DNA of 64,000 bases from contig CAXXJV010000001.1 of assembly GCA_963663475.2 (NCBI GenBank), positions 1,856,001-1,920,000 on the forward strand, written 5' to 3'. Each line of letters begins with the position of its first letter. Position 1 is the stretch's first letter. The translations under genes were made by a program, and so were the position numbers. The notes beneath the pieces are model-generated. The model made no database searches and had not been told where the DNA came from. It saw only the letters and a list, made by a program, of their open reading frames with translations. Of this stretch, positions 40,801 through 50,209 are shown piece after piece. The DNA comes from Candidatus Cloacimonadales bacterium. Lineage in GTDB: Bacteria > Cloacimonadota > Cloacimonadia > Cloacimonadales > JAFGVF01.

Positions 40801-41076
40801 AAACTGTCCATTACCTGTAGTATTTGGATCATCAACAATTTCTTCTTGGAAGCCTACTAAAATAATCAGTAGTTTATTATAAGTCTTATCTCTGTGTCTA
40901 TCAGATTTAAGTATCTGAGAATCTTTTTTGATTGAGCTTAAATATTGCTCAGCAGGATGTTGTTTCTTCTTAGCAATTTCATTTTTCCTGTAGCTAAGAG
41001 GAATTTTGTCAGCAAAGGCAAACTGGGGAATTAACCCCAGTAAAACCACAATAGTTAATAGTTTAACTCTATTCAT
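37843..41076 (-). CDS. M6-family (immune inhibitor A-like) metalloprotease with T9SS-type C-terminal domain
   Basis: IIHAG, HEFGHSLGLVDLY zinc motif, LIENR; C-terminal VFPNPV...IYDIAGKLI...ASGIYI. Confidence 0.85.
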   Translation of the reverse strand: MNRVKLLTIVVLLGLIPQFAFADKIPLSYRKNEIAKKKQHPAEQYLSSIKKDSQILKSDRHRDKTYNKLLIILVGFQEEIVDDPNTTGNGQFILQAPENYPIQLSKPPHDQEYYDKMALAMRYYYLAASLGGFDLEWDIYPQDKACYTLSQPMGYYNPPGASNQEFVAKMEEYFKESFETADQESPEIQFSNYSHYMIIHAGSDWQHDVLADTPSDIPSFFIRVGDGKEAVVDGGSHIIDYACNIPETITQDISEYDFGDGNIQVSGYGALNGVMFHEFGHSLGLVDLYAVNSYYPMVGSFDIMDSGGSTEVGMGSGIDDKTYSIEGIIPGLPGAFSRVLMFEDSFRQRGILKDIEDLTKLQDIRITCAEERYDLTKAPYIYKLQISEDEYILIENRNVDPDGDGGTAVFSALDGRIALHPTAYQDDDNNPTFEYDYLLPSFIDQNVNAIGGGLLVWKVNDDVLYNQGSYDSQGNFVSNFANNFINTRYSKRGVEIIEADAIPDIGNVYAYYWKGTAFEYYFKHIPSFETINGDDFFAGWSDRIHNDVLNASSTPPLVTSSGFAHTSGLYNISQSGKEMTFSYGSPILNRTTSITSEREIITISPIFDGTTKLSDIALVSNNSIDLYYFDKAEHDFESFSSIDLDHVIDDYQIIHPLQKVDFDNDDNDELVLFYSSKMLVLRNNIAHTFELNTMVNEMPQFFDNKYYVKTDNKVLEIKYHTSDNSIEITEMDYQVDHIIASETDLFFITNDLLIDLTANISLDLPGNINTKPVILNHYTENQTDQVYKTDQFLIMKTSDNVIYSYNKTDLQVVYDYSATLADQPTSQLALNNDEQDVYLVFTSGNSVYANYIDGTFPLNFPRTFHNYDFTQDELLIIDNSYLNNQESSYYGKTIYLPVEENNYLAWNLNQDTIDPALSLIDNSNSRIFSHYKSEDGDSLGYFFQITSFDNSVILQWTEKKNLVNPLNWEVNNYNPNRNLNYLKQTSSNEDNNQSISAYVFPNPVAGNQATLRIFNIKKEAKVKIYDIAGKLIKSYVIESNDLDHVDSLIDFSQVASGIYIGIIEENSTYKFKFAVTK

Positions 41077-41097
41077 AATACTATAGAAATAGTTTTA

Positions 41098-42150
41098 TTA
41101 AAATTCTAAGCTAAGTGAGAATAACTTATTATAGTCTGTTAAGTCTCCACCTTGTTGCATAGCAAAGTCAGCTGATAATCTGTAGATTTCATTGAAAGTA
41201 TAATGGATACCAACTCCAAATGATGGACCTACAATCTCACCAGCAGAGTCATTTACATAGCCACCTCTTAAAGAGAGTAGTTTCATATATGTATATTCAA
41301 TACCAGCATTGTAGATATAATCATTATCATTCCAGTCAGTAACTAATCTTTTGATTAAGCCGTGTTCATTAGCAAGAAGTTTGTTCACATCTGCATTAAC
41401 AGTAACATCAGTAAAGTCATCTGACCATGCTTTGTAAGAAAGGCCTGTTCTGAGGTTAAGAGATAATGGATCTTTTTGAGAATCATCAACATAAGTTACA
41501 TCAGGACCAAAGTTTTGGAGGGTTAAACCCCAAGATAGTTCTCCAATATAAGGGTCATCAATATCAGCGTAAGCTAGGATATCTTTAGCTTTTACACCAA
41601 AGTCAAAAGCAAAAGTCATTCCCACACCCTTGTTATCAGTATTACCTGTAGCAGGACCTAAATCAGAACGAATAAATTTAAAGTTAGTTCCAACACCCCA
41701 GTTTTCATCAATTTGATAACCATAAGTAAGGGCAAGAGAGATATCATAACTAGAGAACTCACCAAGAGGATTACCTGATTCATCTGTTTGAGTTTGAGAA
41801 CCAAGACTCATAAATTGAATAAAGGCACCTACATTACCAATTTCTGGATAATATTGGTTGAAGCTAAGATATTCATAGTAAAGATCACCAATACCAGAAC
41901 CTTGTAACCAGTTAGTGTGCATACCTGCAATTTGTGTTTTTCTATTAAAGGCCATAGCGCCTGGATTCCAGTAAGCAGCATAGGCATCATCAGCTTGAGC
42001 AACAAAGGCTTCACCCATACCAGAAGCACGTGAACCTGGAGCTATAAGTAAAAAGATTAGAGCACCTTCAGAAACAGCAGATAGGGCAGTAGGAATTGCC
42101 ATACATACTATCAATATTGCAATTACCATCGTATTTTTCATTTTAAACAT
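41098..42150 (-). CDS. porV: PorV/PorQ family outer-membrane beta-barrel
   Basis: FLLIAPGSRASGMGEAFVAQADDA.A.YWNPG motif; terminal Phe. Confidence 0.85.
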   Translation of the reverse strand: MFKMKNTMVIAILIVCMAIPTALSAVSEGALIFLLIAPGSRASGMGEAFVAQADDAYAAYWNPGAMAFNRKTQIAGMHTNWLQGSGIGDLYYEYLSFNQYYPEIGNVGAFIQFMSLGSQTQTDESGNPLGEFSSYDISLALTYGYQIDENWGVGTNFKFIRSDLGPATGNTDNKGVGMTFAFDFGVKAKDILAYADIDDPYIGELSWGLTLQNFGPDVTYVDDSQKDPLSLNLRTGLSYKAWSDDFTDVTVNADVNKLLANEHGLIKRLVTDWNDNDYIYNAGIEYTYMKLLSLRGGYVNDSAGEIVGPSFGVGIHYTFNEIYRLSADFAMQQGGDLTDYNKLFSLSLEF

Positions 42151-42301
42151 TTATCCTCCAATGAATAATTTCGTTATTTTTTTTAATCTAAGGACACATC
42201 GCATTGTTGAAATATCTTCAACAATATAAGTGCAAAATAAAAATAGTCAAGATAAATAGCAATATTTTTTCTGTATTACTCCTAATAAAGTTAATTTTTT
42301 A

Positions 42302-42388
42302 TGGTGCCGAAGGCCGGACTCGAACCGGCACGAGTGTTCACTCGGAGGATTTTGAATCCACTGCGTCTACCAATTTCACCACTCCGGC
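42302..42388 (-). tRNA. tRNA-Leu(CAA)
   Basis: GCCGGAG/CTTCGGC acceptor stem, anticodon loop TTCAAAA, long variable arm, GGTTCGAGTCC, encoded CCA. Confidence 0.95.
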
Positions 42389-42485
42389 ACTTATTCTTAA
42401 ATATATTATTGAAGTTTTATGTCAAGAAAAAACCTTAACTATAAGAAAAAAACTCTAATTATTTATCTTTTTATGTTTACTATAT

Positions 42486-45400
42486 CTATATTTTACTATT
42501 ATTTATAATTTTTAGAAATTTTATTAATATTTCTATTGCTGTATCAAGAAGTGTAGCATGGGCAGCTCTCCTTAAGTCTATATAAAGAGAAAGAGATTCT
42601 GTGTCATCAACCTTAATCGGGTGGGTAATTTCTTTAATTAATCCTTTTATTTTAGAAGCTTTAGGTCTAATCTGTTTAGGGTATTCCATTACTAATTTCT
42701 TATTTTTAATTTGGCAAGAACTAAGACCAATCTGCTCAGCAATAAATCTCATTTCAAAGTACTGAATTGCTTGTAGGGCCTCTTTAGGCATTTTACCAAA
42801 TCTATCAACTAATTCTTCTTTAATCTCTTCAAAGGCTTCTACACTAGTAAGTTCTTTCATCCTGCGGTAGAGGTTGATTCTTTCTTTTTCATCGGCAATA
42901 TAAGACTCAGGGAAGTAGAAATCGACTCTAATTTTTAAAGCTTCCAAGTTTTCTCGCTTCTCATTATCATCAAAGAGTTTACTGCTATTCTTATCAATAT
43001 TACTCATAGCCTCTCTGAGAAGTCTATTATAGTAATTAAAACCAACTGATTTGATAGTTCCTGATTGCTTAGTCCCTAATAAACTACCTGCACCTCTAAT
43101 TTCTAAATCTCGCAGGGCTATTTGGTAACCGGCTCCTAAGTAGTCATATTCGGTTAGGGCATTTAGTCTCTCTCTTGCTTCAAAAGAAACAGATTCAGGT
43201 ATTAAGAAATAAGCATAAGCTCGCCTACTCCCTCTCCCAACTCTTCCTCTGATTTGATATAGTTGGGCTAAACCAAAAGTATCGGCCCGATTAACAATCA
43301 TAGTATTTGCATTAGGAATATCGATACCATTCTCGATAATGGTAGTTGAGATTAAAACATCAAACTTATGGTGATAAAAATCAATAATTAGAGATTCAAG
43401 TTCTTTACCAGACATTTGACCATGTCCAATTCTAAATCTTACCCTAGGTAGTAAAGCCTCTAAACGAGAAGCAAGTGTCTTGATTGTTGTTACCCTATTG
43501 TGTAAGAAAAAACACTGGCCTCCTCGATCAACTTCCCTCTGAATAGCATCTTTTATAACCTCTTCATCATAAGCTGATACCATAGTCCTTACTGGTAGTC
43601 TATCCTTGGGTGATGTCTTGATTAAAGAAATGTCTTTAAGCTTTGAAAGAGCCATACTCAAGGTTCTTGGAATAGGGGTAGCAGACATATAAAGCGTATC
43701 AACATTAGCTTTGATTTGTCTAATTTTTTCTTTTTGCCTTACTCCAAACCTATGTTCTTCATCAACAACTAGGAGACCTAATCTTTTAAATGAAACATCC
43801 TTAGATAATAATCTATGGGTTCCAATTGCAATATCTACTGAACCTTCCGAAATATCAATAACATCTTGCTTTAGTTTAGCAGGACTTCTAAATCTGGACA
43901 ACATGGCTATTTTTACAGGATATTGGGCTAATCTTTCTCTAAAGACCATATAATGCTGTTCTGCAAGCAGGGTTGTTGGTACTAAAACAGCTACTTGATA
44001 ACCACTCATTACTGCCTTAAAGCAGGCCCTAATCGCTACTTCAGTTTTGCCAAAGCCTACATCTCCACATAATAGTCTTTCCATACTTGTAGGAGATTCC
44101 ATATCAGCCTTAATTTCTGCAGTAGTGGTAAGTTGGTCAGCAGTCTCATCGTACAAGAAAGATTCTTCCATTTCCAGTTGCCAAGGACTATCAGGTTCAT
44201 GAGAGACACCCACCCTCATCTTTCTTTCAGCATAAAGATTTACTATGTCTTGGGCTATGACCTCAATCTGTGATTTAGCCTTTTTCTTTTGGTTGCCCCA
44301 CTGCTTTGATCCTATCTTATGAACCTTTGGTTCCGCTCCCTCATCTGCAATATATTTACTAATTAACTGAATCTGGAAGGTGGGAACATAAATCTTGTCT
44401 CCACCAGCATAATTAATCACTAAACATTCTATTTGATTGCCGTCAATTGGCATTTTTTGGAGTCCTTCGAAGATCCCTATACCATGGTCTATATGCACAA
44501 CATAATCACCCTTATTCAAGGAATCATAATCTACTAAGGATTCTTTTTTAGAGAAACGAGATTTATATTTTTTGTTCTCATAGCGATTATAAATGTCATG
44601 ATCTGTATAAAGTGCTAATTTTGCTTCAGGTAGGATAAAACCTCTGCTCAAAACTCCGATAGTAAAATCTATCTTATTCTCTTTGTCAGAAAGGAGCTCT
44701 TTCATTCTATTACTTTGACTTTGATTATCTGATTGGACAATGATTCTATAACCCTTGTCTATATATTCTTGTAAGTTTTCTTCAAATTTAGCAAAATCAG
44801 CATTAAATTTGTCAATATTAAGATAAGTGAAGGATGATACTTGATCTGCTTCAGGAATAGTTTGCTGACTATTTTGCAAGAAAATTGATTGATAAGACTT
44901 AAGCTTATCTTTTATATAATCATAATCTTGGAAGAGCAAACTTGGAGATGCTAGCACTTGATCTTTATTCTTAGCTTGTTTTCTTATAAAGAGCTGATTT
45001 GCTTCATTGAAAATCTCAATCGTATCACCTTTAACATATTGGAATTCATCCCAGAAAAGTAATAAATCATTGCTAAAATAATCTAATAATGTTTGAGTGT
45101 TTTCATACAAAAGAGCTACATCCTGTTCAATACCTTGATAAAAACCCTCCTCAGCAATTTTACCCATTAGAGGAGAATTTGCCTTTACATCATGCAAGGA
45201 AACCTCACGAACAGGGAGAATTAAGGCATTACTTATTTTTAACTTTTCTGATTTCTGTGTCTGAGGTGAAAAAAACCTTAATGTTTCAATCTCATCACCA
45301 AAGAATTCTGCCCTTAAAGGAAGGGAATGATTAGGGGAATAAACATCAATTATTCCACCCCTTTTGGAGGCTTGGCCAACTTTCCCTACTTGGAAATCAA

Positions 45401-45896
45401 TATTGTAGCCTAAACCTGATAACTCAGAGATCAAAATCTCTGGGTCATACTCATGGCCTACACTTAACTTTTTAATGTTCTTAAATAAGAGGGAAGCAGG
45501 GATTAGATTTCTTAATAAAGTCCTAATTGAACATACATAAACACAGGCTTGCTGGGAAGAGAGGATTCGTGATAAAGCCCTTATTCTTAAAGCTCTTATG
45601 TTAGCATGGGGAGACCTATCTTCATAAGGTAAAACTTCATAGTCTGGAATAAACTCAACTTCATCAATTGATAATAAGACTTCTAAATTTGCCTGGAAAT
45701 CTTCAGCTAATCTATCATCAGCTACAATGACTAGAATACTCTTATTCTCCCTTCTAAAAGTGCTTGCAACCAAAAGAGACTTTAAGGATAAATTAAGATT
45801 TGCTACTTGTAACTTCTTTTTATTCTTTATTGCCAGGCTAATATCTTTACTAGTACTTGTTGCCTCTAAAAAAGGTTGAATTTTATTGTAAAACAT
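42486..45896 (-). CDS. mfd: Transcription-repair coupling factor
   Basis: GDYVVHIDHGIG, GDVGFGKTEVA, DEEHRFG, SATPIPRTL, QIRGRVGR, DLEIRGAG. Confidence 0.97.
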   Translation of the reverse strand: MFYNKIQPFLEATSTSKDISLAIKNKKKLQVANLNLSLKSLLVASTFRRENKSILVIVADDRLAEDFQANLEVLLSIDEVEFIPDYEVLPYEDRSPHANIRALRIRALSRILSSQQACVYVCSIRTLLRNLIPASLLFKNIKKLSVGHEYDPEILISELSGLGYNIDFQVGKVGQASKRGGIIDVYSPNHSLPLRAEFFGDEIETLRFFSPQTQKSEKLKISNALILPVREVSLHDVKANSPLMGKIAEEGFYQGIEQDVALLYENTQTLLDYFSNDLLLFWDEFQYVKGDTIEIFNEANQLFIRKQAKNKDQVLASPSLLFQDYDYIKDKLKSYQSIFLQNSQQTIPEADQVSSFTYLNIDKFNADFAKFEENLQEYIDKGYRIIVQSDNQSQSNRMKELLSDKENKIDFTIGVLSRGFILPEAKLALYTDHDIYNRYENKKYKSRFSKKESLVDYDSLNKGDYVVHIDHGIGIFEGLQKMPIDGNQIECLVINYAGGDKIYVPTFQIQLISKYIADEGAEPKVHKIGSKQWGNQKKKAKSQIEVIAQDIVNLYAERKMRVGVSHEPDSPWQLEMEESFLYDETADQLTTTAEIKADMESPTSMERLLCGDVGFGKTEVAIRACFKAVMSGYQVAVLVPTTLLAEQHYMVFRERLAQYPVKIAMLSRFRSPAKLKQDVIDISEGSVDIAIGTHRLLSKDVSFKRLGLLVVDEEHRFGVRQKEKIRQIKANVDTLYMSATPIPRTLSMALSKLKDISLIKTSPKDRLPVRTMVSAYDEEVIKDAIQREVDRGGQCFFLHNRVTTIKTLASRLEALLPRVRFRIGHGQMSGKELESLIIDFYHHKFDVLISTTIIENGIDIPNANTMIVNRADTFGLAQLYQIRGRVGRGSRRAYAYFLIPESVSFEARERLNALTEYDYLGAGYQIALRDLEIRGAGSLLGTKQSGTIKSVGFNYYNRLLREAMSNIDKNSSKLFDDNEKRENLEALKIRVDFYFPESYIADEKERINLYRRMKELTSVEAFEEIKEELVDRFGKMPKEALQAIQYFEMRFIAEQIGLSSCQIKNKKLVMEYPKQIRPKASKIKGLIKEITHPIKVDDTESLSLYIDLRRAAHATLLDTAIEILIKFLKIINNSKI

Positions 45897-45977
45897 CTGA
45901 TCTCCATCTCCGATTTAATTTAGGTAATAAATATTTTCTAACATTAACTGTCAAGTATTTGCTCATGTATTTAACTT

Positions 45978-46077
45978 TTAACCCAATAATTCAGTAGATA
46001 TTAGAGAATAGCAGAATATTCTTTTGCAAAAAGAAGATAGCACTATTCGCAAAGTTCTACTGTACCATTTGGGTTAA
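45978..46077. repeat. Palindromic element family B copy 2 (extra right half-copy at ~46297-46319)
   Basis: ttaaccca...cagtaga...gaatag...ttcttttgcaaaaagaa...ctattc...tctactg...tgggttaa. Confidence 0.8.
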
Positions 46078-46185
46078 ATGGCAAGATACTCTTCAAAAAT
46101 TAAGTTGGCCTCTTACTCTAACTCCTCTGGATAAAGAAAAAATAGTGCTAATTTTTTACTTAGAAATCACCTTATCATCCTTCAC

Positions 46186-46244
46186 CCTTCCTTTACACTC
46201 TTTCGATGAAAGTCGGACTTTCATCGAAAGAGTGTAAAGGAAGG
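46186..46244. repeat. Perfect 29-bp inverted repeat, family A copy 2
   Basis: ccttcctttacactctttcgatgaaagtc-g-gactttcatcgaaagagtgtaaaggaagg. Confidence 0.95.
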
Positions 46245-46437
46245 ATTAATCATGAAAGAGGAGTCAGCAATCTTTACTTTGGATAATTTTTTTCTATTCT
46301 ACTGAACTATTGGATTAAATTCTAATGCCTCACCTTGGTGAAGAATACTAAATAAAAAAGAAAAAAACGACAATATAAATAAAAAAATTTTGTTCGAACT
46401 CAAGAATTTATTAATATATCTGGAAGAGGAAAATTAG

Positions 46438-48264
46438 ATGAAAGAGCTAAACCAAGAGAATGATTACCAGTCAGCATGTTACGATAAATTTACTTTGAGA
46501 TTTAAAGATGAGAAAATACAAGAGGCTTTTAAACAAGCAAATGTTCAATCATTTATTCAAAATGGTAGAGTAGCTCTTATTGTCTCTATCTTCATTTATC
46601 TAATCTTCGGAATCACAGACTTTTTTATAATACCTGATATTTTTTTTCAGGCAATAATTCTCAGGTTGTCTATAGGGGCTGTTTTAGGAATAGGTTCTTT
46701 CATCTTATCTTATTTTGATTTGTTCAATGAATATGGTGATAAAATCATTGGATTTACGGTTTTAATGGCTGGTATGTCAATTCTTTATATGCTTATTAAT
46801 AGCAGTAGTGATTTAAAGAATTATTATTTCTTTGGTTTCTATATAGTTGTACTAGTATCTAATGTCTTCTTCCGGCAATCATTTTTAAATTGCTTACTTT
46901 GGTCTATATTTTTTAGTTTAGGATTTGAATATACCGTTTTTCATGTTTTTGGATATTCTTATCTAAACTTGTTAAATCATTGGTATTTCTATTCAGCTCT
47001 AATAATGTTATTGGTTAATTCTTACAATTCAGAGAAGCATAGGATAAATGATTTCTTACTTAGAAGGGAAATTAGCTGGCATAATGATAATCTAAAGCAA
47101 AATAACACTATCCTAGATGAGGCGGTTAATCAAAAAACTCATGAGTTACAAATGGCTTATCAAAGAGAAAAGAAGGCAAACTCTTTACAACATACTTTCT
47201 TAATGAATATCTCGCATCAGGTAAGAACACCACTCAACACAATAATTGGTGTATCTGATCAAAATTACCTCGTCGATGATATTGCTAGTATTAAAAAAGA
47301 AATCCTTCAAATAAATGAAAGTGGAAAAGAACTTCTTAGAATAGTTGATGATATTGCTTTATATTCAAAGATTGAAGCTGGCTCATTGAAAATCATCAAT
47401 AGTGATTTTAACTTAAACTCCCTCTTTCTTAAAGTAGTAAGTTTCTTTAATGAAATTAATAAAAAGCAGATATCCTTAAAAATTACTCCTGTTTTACAAA
47501 ATGAATATGTAATCTGTTCTGATTTTGATAAACTTTTAACAATCTTACAAAGTCTTGTTTATGGAGCTTACATTAGATCAAGTAATGAGGATATCTTAAT
47601 AAATTATAAAATAAAAAATGAAAATAAAATAACTTTTACTGTTGAAGATAAAGGAAAAACTATTTCCAATAACTTTGTTTCTGATATCTTATCTGGCACT
47701 TGGATAGAGAAAAATAAAATGGTCTATACTGCTGGTTTTGGACTTGCCTTAACTCATGAATTAAGTAGTTTCTTTGGTAGGGGGTTTGAGATATCCAATA
47801 AAGAAGATTATACTTCAATTTCCTTTGAAGTAAATGCTAGAATAAGTATTGGTGAGAAAAAGCATCCTGCTCCAAGAGAAAATAAAAATCTGAATTTAAC
47901 AGGCATAAAGATCTTGGTAGTTGAAGATATCAAAATTAACTTTTCTATAATTAAAAAAATATTAGTAAAAAGGGGAGCTGAGGTTGACTGGGCTCAAGAT
48001 GGACTTATAGCTTTAGAAAAAATATCTCAAGTTAAGGATTATGACCTAATCCTAATGGATATTCAAATGCCAAATATGAATGGGATTGAAGCAACCCAGA
48101 AGATTAGATCATTAGGGATAAAAACTCCTGTAATTGCCCAAACAGCTAATATCCTCGCAGACGATAAAGATATTTGCCTAAGAGCTGGATGTGATAGCTA
48201 TCTGGGTAAACCAATTAATGCCCAAGAACTCCTAGATAATATTGCTCAATATGTTTTTGAATAA
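46438..48264 (+). CDS. Membrane-bound hybrid sensor kinase/response regulator with degenerate ATPase domain
   Basis: About six N-terminal TM helices, SHQVRTPLN H-box, REC DLILMDIQMPNMNG. Confidence 0.85.
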   Translation: MKELNQENDYQSACYDKFTLRFKDEKIQEAFKQANVQSFIQNGRVALIVSIFIYLIFGITDFFIIPDIFFQAIILRLSIGAVLGIGSFILSYFDLFNEYGDKIIGFTVLMAGMSILYMLINSSSDLKNYYFFGFYIVVLVSNVFFRQSFLNCLLWSIFFSLGFEYTVFHVFGYSYLNLLNHWYFYSALIMLLVNSYNSEKHRINDFLLRREISWHNDNLKQNNTILDEAVNQKTHELQMAYQREKKANSLQHTFLMNISHQVRTPLNTIIGVSDQNYLVDDIASIKKEILQINESGKELLRIVDDIALYSKIEAGSLKIINSDFNLNSLFLKVVSFFNEINKKQISLKITPVLQNEYVICSDFDKLLTILQSLVYGAYIRSSNEDILINYKIKNENKITFTVEDKGKTISNNFVSDILSGTWIEKNKMVYTAGFGLALTHELSSFFGRGFEISNKEDYTSISFEVNARISIGEKKHPAPRENKNLNLTGIKILVVEDIKINFSIIKKILVKRGAEVDWAQDGLIALEKISQVKDYDLILMDIQMPNMNGIEATQKIRSLGIKTPVIAQTANILADDKDICLRAGCDSYLGKPINAQELLDNIAQYVFE

Positions 48265-48320
48265 TCCCGAATGGTGTAGAAATGCTATTCTCAAAGTTCT
48301 ACTACACTATCTGGGGTGAA
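48262..48320. repeat. Internally deleted palindromic element family B copy 3
   Basis: taatcccgaatggtgtagaa-atgctattctcaaagttctactacactatctgggg. Confidence 0.65.
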
Positions 48321-48377
48321 CTTGAACCATAATTTAAAGAGTAACTTAGCTAATAAACAAAAATATTAACAAATAAC

Positions 48378-48405
48378 TTGACTTTTTATCCCTTTTGCCT
48401 ATTAT
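48378..48405 (+). promoter_or_regulatory. Putative tmRNA promoter
   Basis: TTGACT-16 nt-TATTAT about 50 nt upstream of the mature 5' end. Confidence 0.55.
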
Positions 48406-48453
48406 GTCTTTGAAAGTTAATTATTCTTGCAATTGTGTACTTGCCAAATTAAT

Positions 48454-48803
<350 letters not shown>

Positions 48804-49190
48804 GTCTTCGAAATGAACGAAGTGAATAAGAAGACTGACACGGCGTAGCATCTTTAGATGCGAAGACGGTCTTAGATTTATATTGCGTTATTCGTTCATT
48901 ACTACGCCTAGGCAGGCCAGGTTATGGGTCTGCAAATTAGTAATAAATAGAGATTATAAATATTGTTAACTAGATAGTGAATGAGAAGACTGACACGGCG
49001 TAGCATCTTTAGATGCGAAGACGGTCTTAGATTTATATTGCGTGGTTCGTTCATTACTACGCCTAGGCAGGCCAGGTTATGGGTCTGCAAATTAGTAATA
49101 AATAGAGATTATAAATATTGTTAACTAGATAGTGAATGAGAAGACTGATTTTAGTTACTAGATTCGTTCATTACTACGCCTAGGCAGGCC
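48804..49190 (+). repeat. Structured tandem repeat, 155-bp period (units start at 48821 and 48976; internally deleted third unit at 49131)
   Basis: Units 1 and 2 differ at 3 positions; the third keeps agtgaatgagaagactga and ttcgttcattactacgcctaggcaggcc. Confidence 0.93.
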
Positions 49191-49267
49191 AATCTGAGTT
49201 TGCTATGTGTTTTGTATATTTTGTAATAAATGGTTATTATTATTTTTAGAAAAAGAGAGTAGGTTGT

Positions 49268-49507
49268 ATGTATTATGTTTATATTTTAAAAAGTATCAAT
49301 TATCCAGATAAATATTATACAGGTTATTCAACCGATTTAAAAAAGAGAATCCAAAAACACAATTATGGAGAAGTACCTTCAACCACAAAATATAAACCTT
49401 GGGAAATGCATTGTTATTTCGCTTTTCCATCCCAAGAAAAAGCAATAGCCTTCGAGAAATACCTTAAAACACATTCAGGACGAGCCTTTGCGTGTAAGCA
49501 TTTTTAA
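49268..49507 (+). CDS. Stand-alone GIY-YIG nuclease
   Basis: YYVYIL...YYTGYSTDLKKRIQKHN...KPW...FEKYLK. Confidence 0.92.
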   Translation: MYYVYILKSINYPDKYYTGYSTDLKKRIQKHNYGEVPSTTKYKPWEMHCYFAFPSQEKAIAFEKYLKTHSGRAFACKHF

Positions 49508-49590
49508 TAAAAATTTCAATTACTTTAGGTAATTATCTAAATCTAATACCACAGTAACAATAAATAAAAACCTACCAGCCCGTAATCATG

Positions 49591-49834
49591 GTAGGGGCGT
49601 ATTGCCATACGCCCAAAATAATAATAATTCAGTCTGGCAAAGAAATTATTGGGAACATATCATCAGAACAGAAATAGAATATAACAAAATCACCGAATAT
49701 ATTATTAACAATCCTCTGTGTTGGGATAATGATATATTAAATGGGGGAGATGGGAATGTGGTTTTAGAAGATGAAATAGAGTATAAATTAGAAATATGGA
49801 TGGTATGATTGTAGGGGCGAAACATCTTTCGCCC
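49591..49834 (+). mobile_element. Remnant of a REP-associated tyrosine transposase (RAYT, IS200-like) between two GTAG REPs
   Basis: GTAG-gggcgtat-tgcc-atacgccc (49591-49614) and GTAG-gggcgaaa-catc-tttcgccc (49811-49834) flank WQRNYWEHIIR...YIINNP..W. Confidence 0.85.
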
Positions 49835-50170
49835 AGAAAGGAAATATTGCAGTCATTTGAGTGCTCTACTCTATCCAAAATCATAAAGTATTAATTATTA
49901 AACAAATAGAAGATTTGAATCTCTTAAATTTGTGACACAGGTTTTTCCATACCAATTAGTATGGAAAAAGTGAAGTCACAATTTCCATTACTGCAATAAT
50001 AATCGACTTAAATATCAATATAATAAATACTTAGACGATGTCTCAATTATTAATCAGTTTATTAATATTTTTAAGTAAGTAATCTACGTCTCCCTATCAT
50101 TTGCTCTTTAAGACTAATTTTACATTGTACCTAAAAACTGAAAAACTAAGATGTAACTAATTAAATAACA

Positions 50171-50206
50171 AAGCCCATCTGCTGATAAACGATGGGCTCT
50201 TTTTTT
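50171..50206. terminator. Probably bidirectional intrinsic terminator at the end of the phage tail module
   Basis: agcccatc...gatgggct flanked by A and T runs. Confidence 0.65.
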
Positions 50207-50209
50207 GCT

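Noticed and set aside
42345-42365. U-U mismatch in the tRNA-Leu anticodon stem as a sign of a pseudo-tRNA
   Set aside because: A single mismatch with all other arms and the CCA intact.
42204-42458. 84-aa ORF
   Set aside because: Antisense to tRNA-Leu; spurious.
48908-49090. 60-aa minus-strand ORF
   Set aside because: Lies wholly inside the tandem repeat, with no RBS or protein motif.
48821-49190. CRISPR array
   Set aside because: Units are 155 bp and duplicated in full with no unique spacers; no cas genes in the window.
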